From Vulcanimicrobiota bacterium (GTDB lineage: Bacteria > Vulcanimicrobiota > Xenobia > Xenobiales > JADMJV01), in contig JBFWNU010000001.1 of the NCBI GenBank assembly GCA_050250895.1, positions 3,044,891 to 3,108,890 on the forward strand: a stretch of DNA of 64,000 nt, given 5' to 3'. Below, one piece after another: positions 27,821 to 37,825 of the stretch; the stretch's first letter is position 1, and the number at the start of each line of letters is the position of its first letter. The position numbers and the translations under genes were made by a program. The notes below the pieces were generated by a model, which made no database searches, was not told where the DNA came from, and worked only from the letters and a program-made list of their open reading frames with translations.

Positions 27821-28654
27821 TCACCGGTGGCGACGTTGATAGTCCCATCCGGCGAAGATTTTGCCGCGGGCCGGTTCGTATTCTCCGCCGTAGTGCGAGC
27901 GGAGCGAATCCTCCACCGCCGGACCCCAATCCCGGTCGTGATAGTGGATAGCCGCGCAGTAACCGTAGCGAAAGGCGGGCTCGTCCGCTTCAAAGCCGGC
28001 CAGGGGAGCATCAGCCGGGACGGGCCTGGTGCCGGCCATCTGCCCGAGCGTGTCCCCGGCGGTCTGGCCTGGACCTTCGTCCGAGCGGAAGCGGGACTTG
28101 GTTTGATCCCAGTCTCGACGGAAGGCAGTCTTGACGCGCTGCCAGGCGGTCGAGTGCTCACGCGTCCACCAGCTGGCCCGCCAGTGGATCTGGTGAGTAG
28201 CGATGTGAGAAAGCCTTTCGTCGGCAGCTCTGGTGGTGTCGAGAAAGCCTCTCAGGTCGGCGGCCAGGGCCTCGCGGTCGACGAGATGGGCCAGTCGTGC
28301 GGCCAGTCCCAGCCCCGCCATCTGGTAGTGAAGAATGCGCTGGGCCGAGACGATCAGTTCGGCGTCGACGATGTTCTGGTCTCCCAACACCGCCAGCCGC
28401 TCGTTGGCTTCGACCAACATTCCGCGCACGGCCTGGCGTGGACTTTTAGTGGGAGTCACCGGATACTCGGCCAGCTTGTTGACTTGCTGGTCGACCTGGC
28501 GGCGGATGCTCTCGAAGGCTTCACCCAGCACCGGATTGTGGGCGTGCTGTCGAAATCGGTCCAGCGCCTCGGCCAGGATCGCCGCGTCTTGCAATATCGT
28601 CGTCATCTCGTGGTACAGAAGGTCCTCGAGACTCATCTTTTCTGACGTTTTCAT
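27821..28654 (-). CDS. Ferritin-like DUF892/YciF-like protein with C-terminal extension
   Basis: SLEDLLYHEM, AVRGMLVEA, DAELIVSAQRILHYQMA, ADERLS; extra STAWQRVKTAFRRDWDQTK domain. Confidence 0.75.
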   Translation of the reverse strand: MKTSEKMSLEDLLYHEMTTILQDAAILAEALDRFRQHAHNPVLGEAFESIRRQVDQQVNKLAEYPVTPTKSPRQAVRGMLVEANERLAVLGDQNIVDAELIVSAQRILHYQMAGLGLAARLAHLVDREALAADLRGFLDTTRAADERLSHIATHQIHWRASWWTREHSTAWQRVKTAFRRDWDQTKSRFRSDEGPGQTAGDTLGQMAGTRPVPADAPLAGFEADEPAFRYGYCAAIHYHDRDWGPAVEDSLRSHYGGEYEPARGKIFAGWDYQRRHR

Positions 28655-28825
28655 AGTCCCAGATTAGAGTTCAAGAGCCAGCGCGCACACCCCACCGGGG
28701 TCCTTTTACGGGCATCCTGTGGGATACCCCTGGGGGTGGTCCGGCCGGATGCTGGTTGTCTATGCCGACTGAGGGCGCCCAGCATCGGGCAAGCACACAA
28801 CATAGGAGTAAGGAGGATTTGATCC

Positions 28826-29251
28826 ATGAAATTCATTCGCATATGCCTGATCTTACTTGCCGCGTTGGTAACCTCAGCGGCCGCCGCGCCCTGGTTCCTG
28901 GGCCCGAACGGCGTCTCGCCGACCGGCTATGAGAAACACCCCACACCCTACAACGCCCGACCTGACGCCGAGACCTATCACAAGCAACCTTCGGCTTCCC
29001 CTCGCAGTGACGCGGAGAGCTACGAGAAGCCGGTTCGCCCAAACCGTGAAACTCCAGAGGCTTCTTCCTACCAAGATCGACCCACGCCGGCCCAGGACAC
29101 CCTGGACGCCAAGACTTATCAGAAACATCCCGACCCGGAGGGCCAGGACCAGGACTTCGACGCCAAAACCTATGAGAAACACCCAGACCCCCAGGGCCGT
29201 GATCAGAGCCTGGATTCCGTCGACTACGAGACCAAGCCGGGCCAGCGCTAA
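28826..29251 (+). CDS. Small exported protein with 7 Tyr-centred tandem repeats
   Basis: AGGAGG RBS, signal peptide, (D/E)AxxYxKxPxP repeats. Confidence 0.8.
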   Translation: MKFIRICLILLAALVTSAAAAPWFLGPNGVSPTGYEKHPTPYNARPDAETYHKQPSASPRSDAESYEKPVRPNRETPEASSYQDRPTPAQDTLDAKTYQKHPDPEGQDQDFDAKTYEKHPDPQGRDQSLDSVDYETKPGQR

Positions 29252-29323
29252 TTAGCGGTCAGGGCAGGATTGCGGCACGGGCGGCCCAAAGGGCGCGGCA
29301 TCAGCATCACCAGGGGGGCGACC

Positions 29324-31372
29324 GTGAAGCATTACCTTTCCATTCTACTATTAGTTCTGGGGCTGACCGCCTGCGGCGGCGGAGGGGCAACCCCTGGAGG
29401 AAGAGCCAGCCAGGGGCCCGGCCCCGCTTCGGCAGTGCTCAACCTACGACTCCGAACGGCCAGCCCTCGTGGCGTTCTTGCCCAGGGGCTGGCCTCTCTT
29501 GTTCGAGTCAGCCTCTACGCTGAGGATAGCGAGGCGGCGGTGGCGGGCTCGGGCCAGACGCCTTTGGACCCCAGCGGCGTGACTGTGGTCACTTTACACG
29601 ATCTTACGCCGGGCCGCTTCAAGCTGGTGGTCGAGCTACTCGATCAGGACGGCAATGGGCTCGAATCGCAAGAGCGAGGGGTTGACCTGGTGGTCGGGCA
29701 GGTGGTGACTGTGGAGTTTAACCTGGGCTCACCTTCACCCCCTGTCCCAGGGATCGCCGACCCCTTCTTGCTGGGCACTTCGCTGCAACGGCCCGCCGTC
29801 ACTCTGGTTGGCAATCAGGCGGTGGTGGTGGCCATCGATACCACCACCCAGGTGGTGATGGCCAGCCTGCTTACCATCGACAGCTTTGGCTCGGCTCCGT
29901 CCAGCCAGCTCTCCTATCAGCTCAGCTCGCTCGGGCCGGCCGATCGGCCCGATGTCTGCATGACCGGTCCCACCCAGGTGACGGCCACCTGGGAGGTGGG
30001 TTCGACCACTGCGGTCCGCAGCTTCGACGCCAACGACAACTCAGGCCTCGAGCTGATTGTAGCTGGGGGTGCGGCTTTGACTCCCAGTCTGGCAACTCCC
30101 GGCCCGGCCGGCATCCCTGTGATCAACTTCGACCTGGGCCAAGAGGCGGTCTTGAGGTTTCTGGGCCCGTCACTAGCCACCGGTCTCACCACTACCGCCA
30201 GCGAGACCGGGCCATTCATGGCCGCCCTGGACTACAGCCCCTATCCGGTCATCGCCAGCAATCCGACCCATCTGGTGGCCACCGTGCTGACCCATCGACA
30301 GACGCCCAAGCTGGCCTTTGCCCTCTACGATCTGGGCGCGCCGGCCACGCCCATCGATAGGTTGGCCCTCACCTTGCCGGGCACCGGCGCCACGGCCGGG
30401 GGCAGCGCTCAGGTAGCCGGTCCCAAAATGGCCATGGATACGGCCGGTAATATCGTGGTGGTTTTCGAGTTCGACGCTAGAATCTTGGCAACCGCTTTGC
30501 ACGTTGGCTCTGGCACACTGGTGCTCGATGCGGTGCGAGTGCTCATCGACCAGCATGACAGCGATCTCGAGCCCGAGGTCGCGTTTGGGCCCGACGGAAC
30601 CTTTTGGGTGGCCTGGACTGGCTACACCGGGCCCGATGGCGAGGTCTATCTCCAGCAGTTTAGCTATCCCACCCTGACCGCCCCCACCAGCGCTTTCAAC
30701 GCTTCCGTGTCGGGGTCCCCCGACAGTTGGCCAAGCCTGGGGGTCAACGGCAACGGTGACGTGCTGGTGGTGTGGCAGCAGATGGGGCCGAGTGGACCTC
30801 AGCTGATGGGTCGTTGCCTGCCCGGCGGTTTTGACCCTGGCAACCCTTTCACTCCACCCTTGCAAGAGCCCGCCAACCTGCTGGTAAATGGAGATTTTTC
30901 CAACGGTCTCAGCGGTTGGACCCAGGTGGTTGTCCACGCGATTCCTGGCTATCCGCAATTCACCCTGGATGACGAGGCGTTGTGCATTGGGCAATTCGAC
31001 AATGAGCGCTTTGCTCTGGACGTGCCCAATACGTCCGATGGCTACATTTTTCAGCAGGTGACCCTGCCGTCGCTGGCTGCCGGGCAGACGCTGCGCCTGG
31101 AATACAGAACCTGGAATAACCTGGACCCGGTCAACGCCCGCGTCGAGATCTTCGACGTGGGCACCAACACGGTGGTGGCTTCCGACCACTACATTCCCAA
31201 TACCATCGAAGGTATGGGGGTCGACTGCAGCGGCAACAACGATGCCCTGCGCACTCTCGACTTGACGGCCTCGGCCGGACGCACCGTGCAGGTTCGCCTG
31301 GGGGGCAGCAGCACCCTGGGAATCGGGACACTCGTGAATTGGGACGACCTGCGTCTATCGGTCATTCCCTAG
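29324..31372 (+). CDS. Large lipoprotein with C-terminal carbohydrate-binding-like domain
   Basis: Lipobox LTAC-GGGG; NLLVNGDFSNGLSGW; start GTG 29324. Confidence 0.75.
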   Translation: MKHYLSILLLVLGLTACGGGGATPGGRASQGPGPASAVLNLRLRTASPRGVLAQGLASLVRVSLYAEDSEAAVAGSGQTPLDPSGVTVVTLHDLTPGRFKLVVELLDQDGNGLESQERGVDLVVGQVVTVEFNLGSPSPPVPGIADPFLLGTSLQRPAVTLVGNQAVVVAIDTTTQVVMASLLTIDSFGSAPSSQLSYQLSSLGPADRPDVCMTGPTQVTATWEVGSTTAVRSFDANDNSGLELIVAGGAALTPSLATPGPAGIPVINFDLGQEAVLRFLGPSLATGLTTTASETGPFMAALDYSPYPVIASNPTHLVATVLTHRQTPKLAFALYDLGAPATPIDRLALTLPGTGATAGGSAQVAGPKMAMDTAGNIVVVFEFDARILATALHVGSGTLVLDAVRVLIDQHDSDLEPEVAFGPDGTFWVAWTGYTGPDGEVYLQQFSYPTLTAPTSAFNASVSGSPDSWPSLGVNGNGDVLVVWQQMGPSGPQLMGRCLPGGFDPGNPFTPPLQEPANLLVNGDFSNGLSGWTQVVVHAIPGYPQFTLDDEALCIGQFDNERFALDVPNTSDGYIFQQVTLPSLAAGQTLRLEYRTWNNLDPVNARVEIFDVGTNTVVASDHYIPNTIEGMGVDCSGNNDALRTLDLTASAGRTVQVRLGGSSTLGIGTLVNWDDLRLSVIP

Positions 31373-32662
31373 AGTGAACTCGAACCCCGTCTCGCTGGTT
31401 CGAAAGTTGTCGGTCGCGGCGTACGGTCCACCGACCACCGGATGACCCACCACTCGGCGAACGGCGGCGGGAACCTCCACTCTCAGCCGATTTTCGGCGG
31501 GTTCGTAGACGACCATCGAGGGGGCAAGTCCCAGGCCTTCGACCTCAAGTTTGGCCGGCAGGCTGTGATGGTTGGCTCGATAGGCGAGGATTTCGGTGAC
31601 CAGAGTGGCAGCCGCCATCCGATAGCGATTGTACAGCAACTGTGCCGAAACCTTGCTCAGGTCGGGAACCATCATATTGGCCACGATACCGGTCTTGCCG
31701 GTCAGATAACTGGCGGTGCCAGGGTTGGTCAAATGGGCCGGCATGACGACCATCTCGTCCTGGTGACTGGCCGCTAGCAGGCCCGTCATGACGTTGTAAT
31801 AGACCCTCTCTTCGCGCCGCATCAGCCAGGGCCATTTGGTCAGAGGGTGGGCGGATTGGCCCTGATAAAGATCCTGGAAACTGTTGTGGGCAAAGGCGAT
31901 CTCTTCTTCAAGCAAAGTCGAAATCTGCCCCTGAGGAGGCATCGAACGGCGCACTCGTACGGCCAGTTCTTGCCACTGCGCCGGGCTGAGCGCAGTCTCT
32001 GGCGGCAGCAGGTGAACCAGGGCGTTGAAACCGATGGCCTGGATCGACACCCCTAGCAAAGCGTTGGTAAGACAGGGGTCGAGGGTGACATGCGAACCCA
32101 TTTCGATGACGTCGCCGATGGCCTGAGCGGCGATTTCGGGGTGACCCTCGAGTAGTGCGTTCTCGGCCCAGGCGCACAGAGCCTGAGCCGTTTGACGCAG
32201 AGCCACCAGGTCGATCATGTCGGTCCCAAAGGCCGGCCGTTCTATCGCAGCCGTGAACACCGGCCTGGTCAGGGCCTGATGGAGCGGTGGCCACAGTTCG
32301 GCGAAGTCGGCCCGGGCCTGGATATACTCGGGAACGGTGGCCATGGCTTGGTGATCGATGGGCTGTCCGGTCTCGGAGGCCGAGGTGCTGAAGCCTCGCC
32401 AGGTCTCGATGATCGTACCGGCCGGAGTCTTCGGCTTGGGATGAGAGCGCGAGCCCCAAAACGCCAGGAAAGGTTCGCTGAGATAGCCATTCTGTTTGGG
32501 GTCGGTCGCTTTCACCATCAGGTTCGCTCGTCGCTGACGGGAGGTCTCGATGGCGGCCTTGACGTCTTCGGCCCGCTGATTGAGAGGGAACCGCAGGAAC
32601 ATTACCAGGGCTAACAAGCTGACGACGGCCAGCACGGTGGCAACCTGGAGAAGGCTTCTCAT
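31355..32662 (-). CDS. Membrane-anchored hypothetical protein with GspG-like C-terminal motif
   Basis: N-terminal TM from MRSLLQV; C-terminal LAYRANHHSLPAKL. Confidence 0.65.
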   Translation of the reverse strand: MRSLLQVATVLAVVSLLALVMFLRFPLNQRAEDVKAAIETSRQRRANLMVKATDPKQNGYLSEPFLAFWGSRSHPKPKTPAGTIIETWRGFSTSASETGQPIDHQAMATVPEYIQARADFAELWPPLHQALTRPVFTAAIERPAFGTDMIDLVALRQTAQALCAWAENALLEGHPEIAAQAIGDVIEMGSHVTLDPCLTNALLGVSIQAIGFNALVHLLPPETALSPAQWQELAVRVRRSMPPQGQISTLLEEEIAFAHNSFQDLYQGQSAHPLTKWPWLMRREERVYYNVMTGLLAASHQDEMVVMPAHLTNPGTASYLTGKTGIVANMMVPDLSKVSAQLLYNRYRMAAATLVTEILAYRANHHSLPAKLEVEGLGLAPSMVVYEPAENRLRVEVPAAVRRVVGHPVVGGPYAATDNFRTSETGFEFTLGNDR

Positions 32663-32700
32663 GAAAGGATCGTTCGGGGAAAGGGGAGGTTTGCCCTGGA

Positions 32701-33396
32701 TCAGGGCAGGCGGGCTGACATCTCGCGTAAGATGTCGGTCTGGATCTGCTGAATCTCGACTAGATGTTGCCACTGTTGAGTGAGAAGCTGGTCGATCTTG
32801 AGGGTCAGGCCGCGTACCTCCAGCTCGGCTTTGAGGTTGGTTACGTAATCTTGCTCGGAACGCAGACGGTCCTTGGCCTCCTGCCGGTTCTGACTCATCA
32901 TGATGATGGGAGCCTGGATCGAGGCCAGACAAGAGAGCACCAGATTGAGCAGGATGTAGGGATAAGGGTCAAAGGCCGTCTGCCGCAGCAGTAAAGTATT
33001 GGTGAGCATCCAGGCCACCAGGGCCGCGAAGAACAGGATGATGAAGGTCCAACTGCCACCGAAGTCGGCCACTTTGTCGGCCAGCGCTTCGCCGAGGGTC
33101 TTGTCTGCCTCGAACTGCTTGTTGATGTCTTTGGTCAACAATTCTTGCTCTTCGAGGCTGTTGATGACCTGAAGGTCGAGCCGGGTCAACTGCCCCCGAT
33201 CTTCTTCGAGTTGCGTCCGCACATAGTCGGCTCGTTGAGCGTTGAGATCATCATGACAGATATAGCCCTCGTTGGGATTCCACTGGCTGTGCTCTCGCCC
33301 AATGAAGGCCGACACATTGTCACGCACGGCGCTGGCGGGATAGAGGTCGCGCAGGTCTTTGAGTTGACCACAAATCTGGCAGGCATGTCTTTCCAT
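32701..33396 (-). CDS. DUF1003 membrane protein
   Basis: ADKVADFGGSWTF, FDPYPYILLNLVLS, QAPIIMMSQNRQ, NLKAELE. Confidence 0.92.
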   Translation of the reverse strand: MERHACQICGQLKDLRDLYPASAVRDNVSAFIGREHSQWNPNEGYICHDDLNAQRADYVRTQLEEDRGQLTRLDLQVINSLEEQELLTKDINKQFEADKTLGEALADKVADFGGSWTFIILFFAALVAWMLTNTLLLRQTAFDPYPYILLNLVLSCLASIQAPIIMMSQNRQEAKDRLRSEQDYVTNLKAELEVRGLTLKIDQLLTQQWQHLVEIQQIQTDILREMSARLP

Positions 33397-33546
33397 TGGC
33401 GGGGTTTCGACCGCCGCGGGAGGATGCCCCGCTCCCAGACAGGCAGGTCTCGTTTGAAAATATGAGAAAAACGCAATAAACAGAGTAACTCGATCCGGGT
33501 ATCGAGGTTTCATCCATCATCATGGGATAAAGGGGATTGTTCTGAG

Positions 33547-34116
33547 ATGCGCTTTCTGTCTCACCTGGGGGTCCTGTTGCTATTGACCGCGCCCGTTTGG
33601 GCCAAGGACTACAAAGCTTATGCCAAGGATAGCAAAGTGGGGTTTTCGATCTCGCACTTTGCGGACCGAGCCGAAGGCAAGTTTGGCCAGTTTCACGGCA
33701 CATTACATTTCAATAGCCAGGATCCAGCCAGTTCTTCGGTGGAATTTCAAGTCGGCACCAACAGTATCGACACCCGCAACCAGGAGCGCGATTCTCACCT
33801 GCGCGGGACGGACTATTTCGATAGCGGGCGCTTTCCCGAGATGACCTTTCAAAGCAAGAGCTTTCGCAAGGTCGGTAGCAACAAGTATATGGTCACGGGG
33901 CCGCTCACCATCAAGGGCGTGAGTAAGCCTGTAACGGTCCCCGTCAAGTTGGTCGAGGACAAGATGCTGTGGGCCACCGGGGTCCAGGCCTTGCGGTTCG
34001 AGTCGACCTTCGAGATCAACCGGCTGGACTTCGGGGTGGGCGGCGAGAATGCGTTTCTCGGCAATGAAGTGCGCATCGAGTTAAGACTCGAGTTTCACGA
34101 TGAAGCCGGACACTAG
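33547..34116 (+). CDS. yceI: YceI family polyisoprenoid-binding protein
   Basis: SIDTRNQERDSHLR..DYFD..FPEMTF, GPLTIKGVSKPV, INRLDFGV. Confidence 0.9.
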   Translation: MRFLSHLGVLLLLTAPVWAKDYKAYAKDSKVGFSISHFADRAEGKFGQFHGTLHFNSQDPASSSVEFQVGTNSIDTRNQERDSHLRGTDYFDSGRFPEMTFQSKSFRKVGSNKYMVTGPLTIKGVSKPVTVPVKLVEDKMLWATGVQALRFESTFEINRLDFGVGGENAFLGNEVRIELRLEFHDEAGH

Positions 34117-34846
34117 CCCTAACCGTAAGGGCCTGGCACTGGTCTACGCGGTAGCTTGTCACAGTCTCTTCGGTGCTGGCGTGGCGGCGATGATCTACTC
34201 GATGTATTTCGGACTCACGCGTGGGGCCGTGCACTTGAGCAGTCCTTGGAACTGGCTGTTGGATGTGGTTCTGCTGCTCCAGTTTCCGGTGATGCATAGC
34301 TTCCTGCTCAGTAATCCGGGCCGCAAGTGGCTGAATCGCCTGGCGCCCGAGGGTCTGGGCGGGGTTCTGGCCACCACCACCTACGTGGTCGTGGCCTCGC
34401 TGCAACTGCTGTGTCTATTTCTGCTGTGGAGTCCTAGCGGGCGGGTCTATTGGCAGGCCCACGGCTTGGTGCGGGGGCTGCTTTCACTGCTCTATGGGCT
34501 GTCCTGGCTGTTGGTAGCCCGGGCCATGCGTGACGCCGGACTAGGTATTCAGACGGGATGGCTGGGCTGGAAAGCCGTCTATGACGGCCAGTCACCGCGC
34601 TACGGTCAGATGCCTCGGCAGGGTCTGTTTCGCTACACGCGCCAGCCGATCTATCTGGCCTTCTGTCTGACCCTTTGGACGGTGCCCACCTGGACACCGG
34701 ACCAACTGGTGTTAGCCCTGTGGTTTAGCCTCTACTGCCTGGTCGGGCCGCTGTTCAAGGAAAGGCGTTACCGTCAGCGCTATGGCCAGCAATTCGAGGA
34801 TTACCAGGGAGAGGTGCCTTACTTCCTGCCACGCCCGGCCGGTTAG
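34100..34846 (+). CDS. Isoprenylcysteine carboxylmethyltransferase / MddA-like membrane methyltransferase
   Basis: QFPVMHSFL, GLFRYTRQPIY, WTVPTWTPD, KERRY..YG..F..Y..VP. Confidence 0.75.
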   Translation: MKPDTSPNRKGLALVYAVACHSLFGAGVAAMIYSMYFGLTRGAVHLSSPWNWLLDVVLLLQFPVMHSFLLSNPGRKWLNRLAPEGLGGVLATTTYVVVASLQLLCLFLLWSPSGRVYWQAHGLVRGLLSLLYGLSWLLVARAMRDAGLGIQTGWLGWKAVYDGQSPRYGQMPRQGLFRYTRQPIYLAFCLTLWTVPTWTPDQLVLALWFSLYCLVGPLFKERRYRQRYGQQFEDYQGEVPYFLPRPAG

Positions 34847-34849
34847 AAG

Positions 34850-35035
34850 TTAGAATTGGGGAGGTCGGTTCTTTGTGAGGGTGCGACCACCTTGCCAACT
34901 GCCCAGTTCGGCCAGGCTGGTCACGAAGACCGCCAGAGCAGCGAAGAAGAAGAAGCTGTAAGTCCAGTCGGCCAGCGAGATCACAGCGAAGAAGAAGCAA
35001 GCCAGCAGGGATATGAAGCAAAATAGCGGGTTCAT
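34850..35035 (-). CDS. Small two-TM membrane protein
   Basis: Hydrophobic 61-aa ORF; TATGCT 6 nt upstream of ATG 35035. Confidence 0.55.
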   Translation of the reverse strand: MNPLFCFISLLACFFFAVISLADWTYSFFFFAALAVFVTSLAELGSWQGGRTLTKNRPPQF

Positions 35036-35201
35036 AGGCTCAGCATAGTCCCAGAGCGCCGTCAAACCGACACCCGGCCAAGTATTCCACCCCCATCCCG
35101 GAGGATGGATCCGCCTGGACCCACCCGCTGGGACGGGGGGTCTGGAGCCCGCCGAATCCCGTGCTGCGCTTGGAGTTGGCTTAGGCTAGTGAAGAACGGA
35201 G

Positions 35202-35621
35202 GTGGCCGAAATGCCCGAACAACACGACTTCTTCGAACTGCTAGAACTGGCGGCCGAGTCATTCAATTACTCTGATGTGGACACGGCCTCGCTTGAACTC
35301 GGCAAGGCCCTGACACTGATCTCGCCCCGGGTCAACGAGGCCGCCTCGCCTGCCCCCAATGCGACCGACCCCTGGTCCGAAGCCCACAAAGCCCTGGACG
35401 CTCTGGCCATCAAAGATTTTCCGCTGGCCGCTTTGTTGTTCAGGAAGGCACTGGCCGAACAGAAGGCCACCCTGCCCGAGCAGCGAGCGGCGCTGGAGTC
35501 GGCCCGCCGCTTCGCTACCGCCATCGAGGGCGCAATGTTCACCTCGGCAGCTCTGCACTTGCGGGCTATCCGAGACAGCCTAGAAAAAGCCGGGCTTCGC
35601 GTCACGGCTGGATTGGTGTAA
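35202..35621 (+). CDS. Hypothetical helical protein
   Basis: ORF with GGAGG near the start (true start may be ATG 35211). Confidence 0.6.
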   Translation: MAEMPEQHDFFELLELAAESFNYSDVDTASLELGKALTLISPRVNEAASPAPNATDPWSEAHKALDALAIKDFPLAALLFRKALAEQKATLPEQRAALESARRFATAIEGAMFTSAALHLRAIRDSLEKAGLRVTAGLV

Positions 35622-35624
35622 ATC

Positions 35625-36458
35625 ATGGTCAGAACCCGCAGCCGCAAACTCTATTCCCCCTCGCCGAATCTGGCTCCCCGACGATGCCTGTCCCGGTGGC
35701 GCCGCTTTTATCCCGAGCTGCGCACCCTGGATGGACGTTCCGAAGAGTCGCGCACCGACGTGCCCCGCGGTGGTGAAACCCTGCTCTGCGCCCTGGCCCG
35801 CCGGGGTGATGTCCGAGCCTTGTGGCGTCTGTTGCGGCGCGGCTGGGATCCCGACTGCTGCAATCTCGACGGGCAGACGGCTCTAGCTCTGGCGGCGGCC
35901 CGCGGGCATGTCCGGGCCGTCGAGTTGTTGCTCGACCACGGCGCTGACCCGGGCGCTCACGGACTCGAGGCCGCCTCACCCCTGATCGCGGCTGCCGCCA
36001 ACGGTCATCTTCGCATTGTGGAGCTTCTGCTGGAGGCCGGGGCCCCCATCGACCAGTGTTCGAATCGGGCCGGCTTGACGGCTTTGATGGCGGCCGCTGG
36101 CACGGGCCGTCGCAAGATCGTGGACCTGCTGGTGGCCCGAGGGGCCAACCTGAACGCCCGCGATGGCCGCGGACGCACCGCCTTCCATCACGCCGTGTTC
36201 TGCTTGCACTTACCCACCATCGAGAGCTTGTGGGAGTTCGGGGCGGATCCCGAGGCCCGGGACCGTCAGGGCCGGACTGCCCTGGCCCAGTTGGTGGCCG
36301 GAGAAACCAAGCATGACGCCCATCGATACGGCTATCACTGCGGACAGGTGATGGACTTTCTGCTGGCTCTGCCCGGCTCGCAAGCCCAGGTCAGCGCCCT
36401 GCGTCTGGCCTGCGAGACCTCTCATCGCCACGACCTTTCCGACAAGCTGGCGAGCTAG
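35625..36458 (+). CDS. Ankyrin repeat protein
   Basis: GQTALALAAARGH, PLIAAAANGH, TALMAAA, GRTAFHHA repeats. Confidence 0.9.
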   Translation: MVRTRSRKLYSPSPNLAPRRCLSRWRRFYPELRTLDGRSEESRTDVPRGGETLLCALARRGDVRALWRLLRRGWDPDCCNLDGQTALALAAARGHVRAVELLLDHGADPGAHGLEAASPLIAAAANGHLRIVELLLEAGAPIDQCSNRAGLTALMAAAGTGRRKIVDLLVARGANLNARDGRGRTAFHHAVFCLHLPTIESLWEFGADPEARDRQGRTALAQLVAGETKHDAHRYGYHCGQVMDFLLALPGSQAQVSALRLACETSHRHDLSDKLAS

Positions 36459-36534
36459 CTTTTAAGGGTTCGTTCAGGCAACGAGCATAGCATCCGAGTG
36501 GGTCCTAGCCAGGCGAAGAATGCCAGGTGGTGTC

Positions 36535-37824
36535 ATGGTCGTTATCAATCCCCGTTCGGCCGCTCGGGGCGTGCAAGCGCATCCGGCTGCGGCCGTTCCA
36601 GGTCCTGCTGCTGAGGAAGTCACCGAATTTCGAGGCGACAAAACCCGAGTGCTGCGACTCGGCGAAGAGCCCCCGGTCGAGCAGACGGTCGCTCAGGACT
36701 GGTCTCGCCGCGTCCTGACCGGCATGCAGACGTTCTTTCTGCCGGCTAACCTGCCCCATTCGGTGAGCGCCGACTATCTGGCTACCCGCAAATGGTGGTT
36801 TGCGCGCGATGTGCTGTCGAACGCCGCCGGCTTCTGTGCCGGGGCTGCCATGGGCACGGCCCTGGGAGTGAGCCCGATATGGGGCGGAGCGGCCATGGCG
36901 ACCTTCAACATGATTCGTGATCGAGTGTCGCAGGGCGTGGGCTTTGCCGCCTCGTTCGCCACCCCCATCGCCGACAAGAACCCGCGACCCTGGATCGTCG
37001 CGGGGGAGACGCTCGAGCACATAGGCACTACCCTCGACAGTACGGTGGGACTATTTCCCCAACACATCTTGCCCATCGCCCTGACCGGGGCGGTGCTCAG
37101 GACCACGGCCGGGACCCTCAAAGGAGCGGCCATGGCCAACATCGGACCGCGCCAGGCCATCGCCGACAACCTGGGCGAGGTGGGAGCCAAGAACGGCAAC
37201 CAGGGCTTCGTGGCCAGCCTGCTGGGGACCACCATCGGACTGGTGGCCCACAGCGTGCTGGCCCATTCTTTGGGCCCGTCGGCGCCCCTCATCATTGCCG
37301 CCATCGGCTCGGCCGGGGCGGTGGCGGCCAATTCGATGATGGTGAACAACCTGGACATGTTCCCCATCAACGAGGCCACCCTGCGTTCGGTAGTCGAGCG
37401 TCAGGGTCAGGAGATCCCCTCGCCAGCGAGCAATGTCTGGACCGACACTCCCAGCCTGTGGACCAGCAACCACCACAAAGTAGGTCGCTCCATCGAGCCG
37501 CTCGTGGCCGATAAGCCTCGCTTCGAGCAATTGCGCTCGCTGTATGCCGGGCGCAAGTACTTGCTCGAGTTGATCGACGGTATGCCCTACGTCGTCATGC
37601 GCAAGGGCGCCGAAGCCGAGGATCGTTTTCTGGCTGGACTGCAATGTGTCACCATCGACAAACTGCAAAGAGAGAATCCGCAGGCTGATCGGGACGCTCT
37701 CATCAGCCAGAGCTTGCAGGCGACCCCTGATAACCCCACCGCCCTGCTCAAACAGCTGGGCCAGGCCGGCTGGAGCACCGACATGATCCGAGTCGCCGAC
37801 GACGGGCTGCGAGCCGAGTGGTAA
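36535..37824 (+). CDS. RUS1/DUF647 (root UVB sensitive) family protein
   Basis: FFLPANLPHSVSADYL..W and DNLGEVGAKNGNQ...LLG resemble the RUS motifs FLPxGxPxSVxxDY and NLADVxAKxxxQ; INEATL ~ LNxxRL. Confidence 0.78.
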   Translation: MVVINPRSAARGVQAHPAAAVPGPAAEEVTEFRGDKTRVLRLGEEPPVEQTVAQDWSRRVLTGMQTFFLPANLPHSVSADYLATRKWWFARDVLSNAAGFCAGAAMGTALGVSPIWGGAAMATFNMIRDRVSQGVGFAASFATPIADKNPRPWIVAGETLEHIGTTLDSTVGLFPQHILPIALTGAVLRTTAGTLKGAAMANIGPRQAIADNLGEVGAKNGNQGFVASLLGTTIGLVAHSVLAHSLGPSAPLIIAAIGSAGAVAANSMMVNNLDMFPINEATLRSVVERQGQEIPSPASNVWTDTPSLWTSNHHKVGRSIEPLVADKPRFEQLRSLYAGRKYLLELIDGMPYVVMRKGAEAEDRFLAGLQCVTIDKLQRENPQADRDALISQSLQATPDNPTALLKQLGQAGWSTDMIRVADDGLRAEW

Positions 37825-37825
37825 G

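Noticed and set aside
27364-28645. Full-length ORFs 27364-28161 (-) and 27695-28645 (+)
   Set aside because: Overlap the DUF892 gene; only the 3' 88 codons of the first are retained as a CDS
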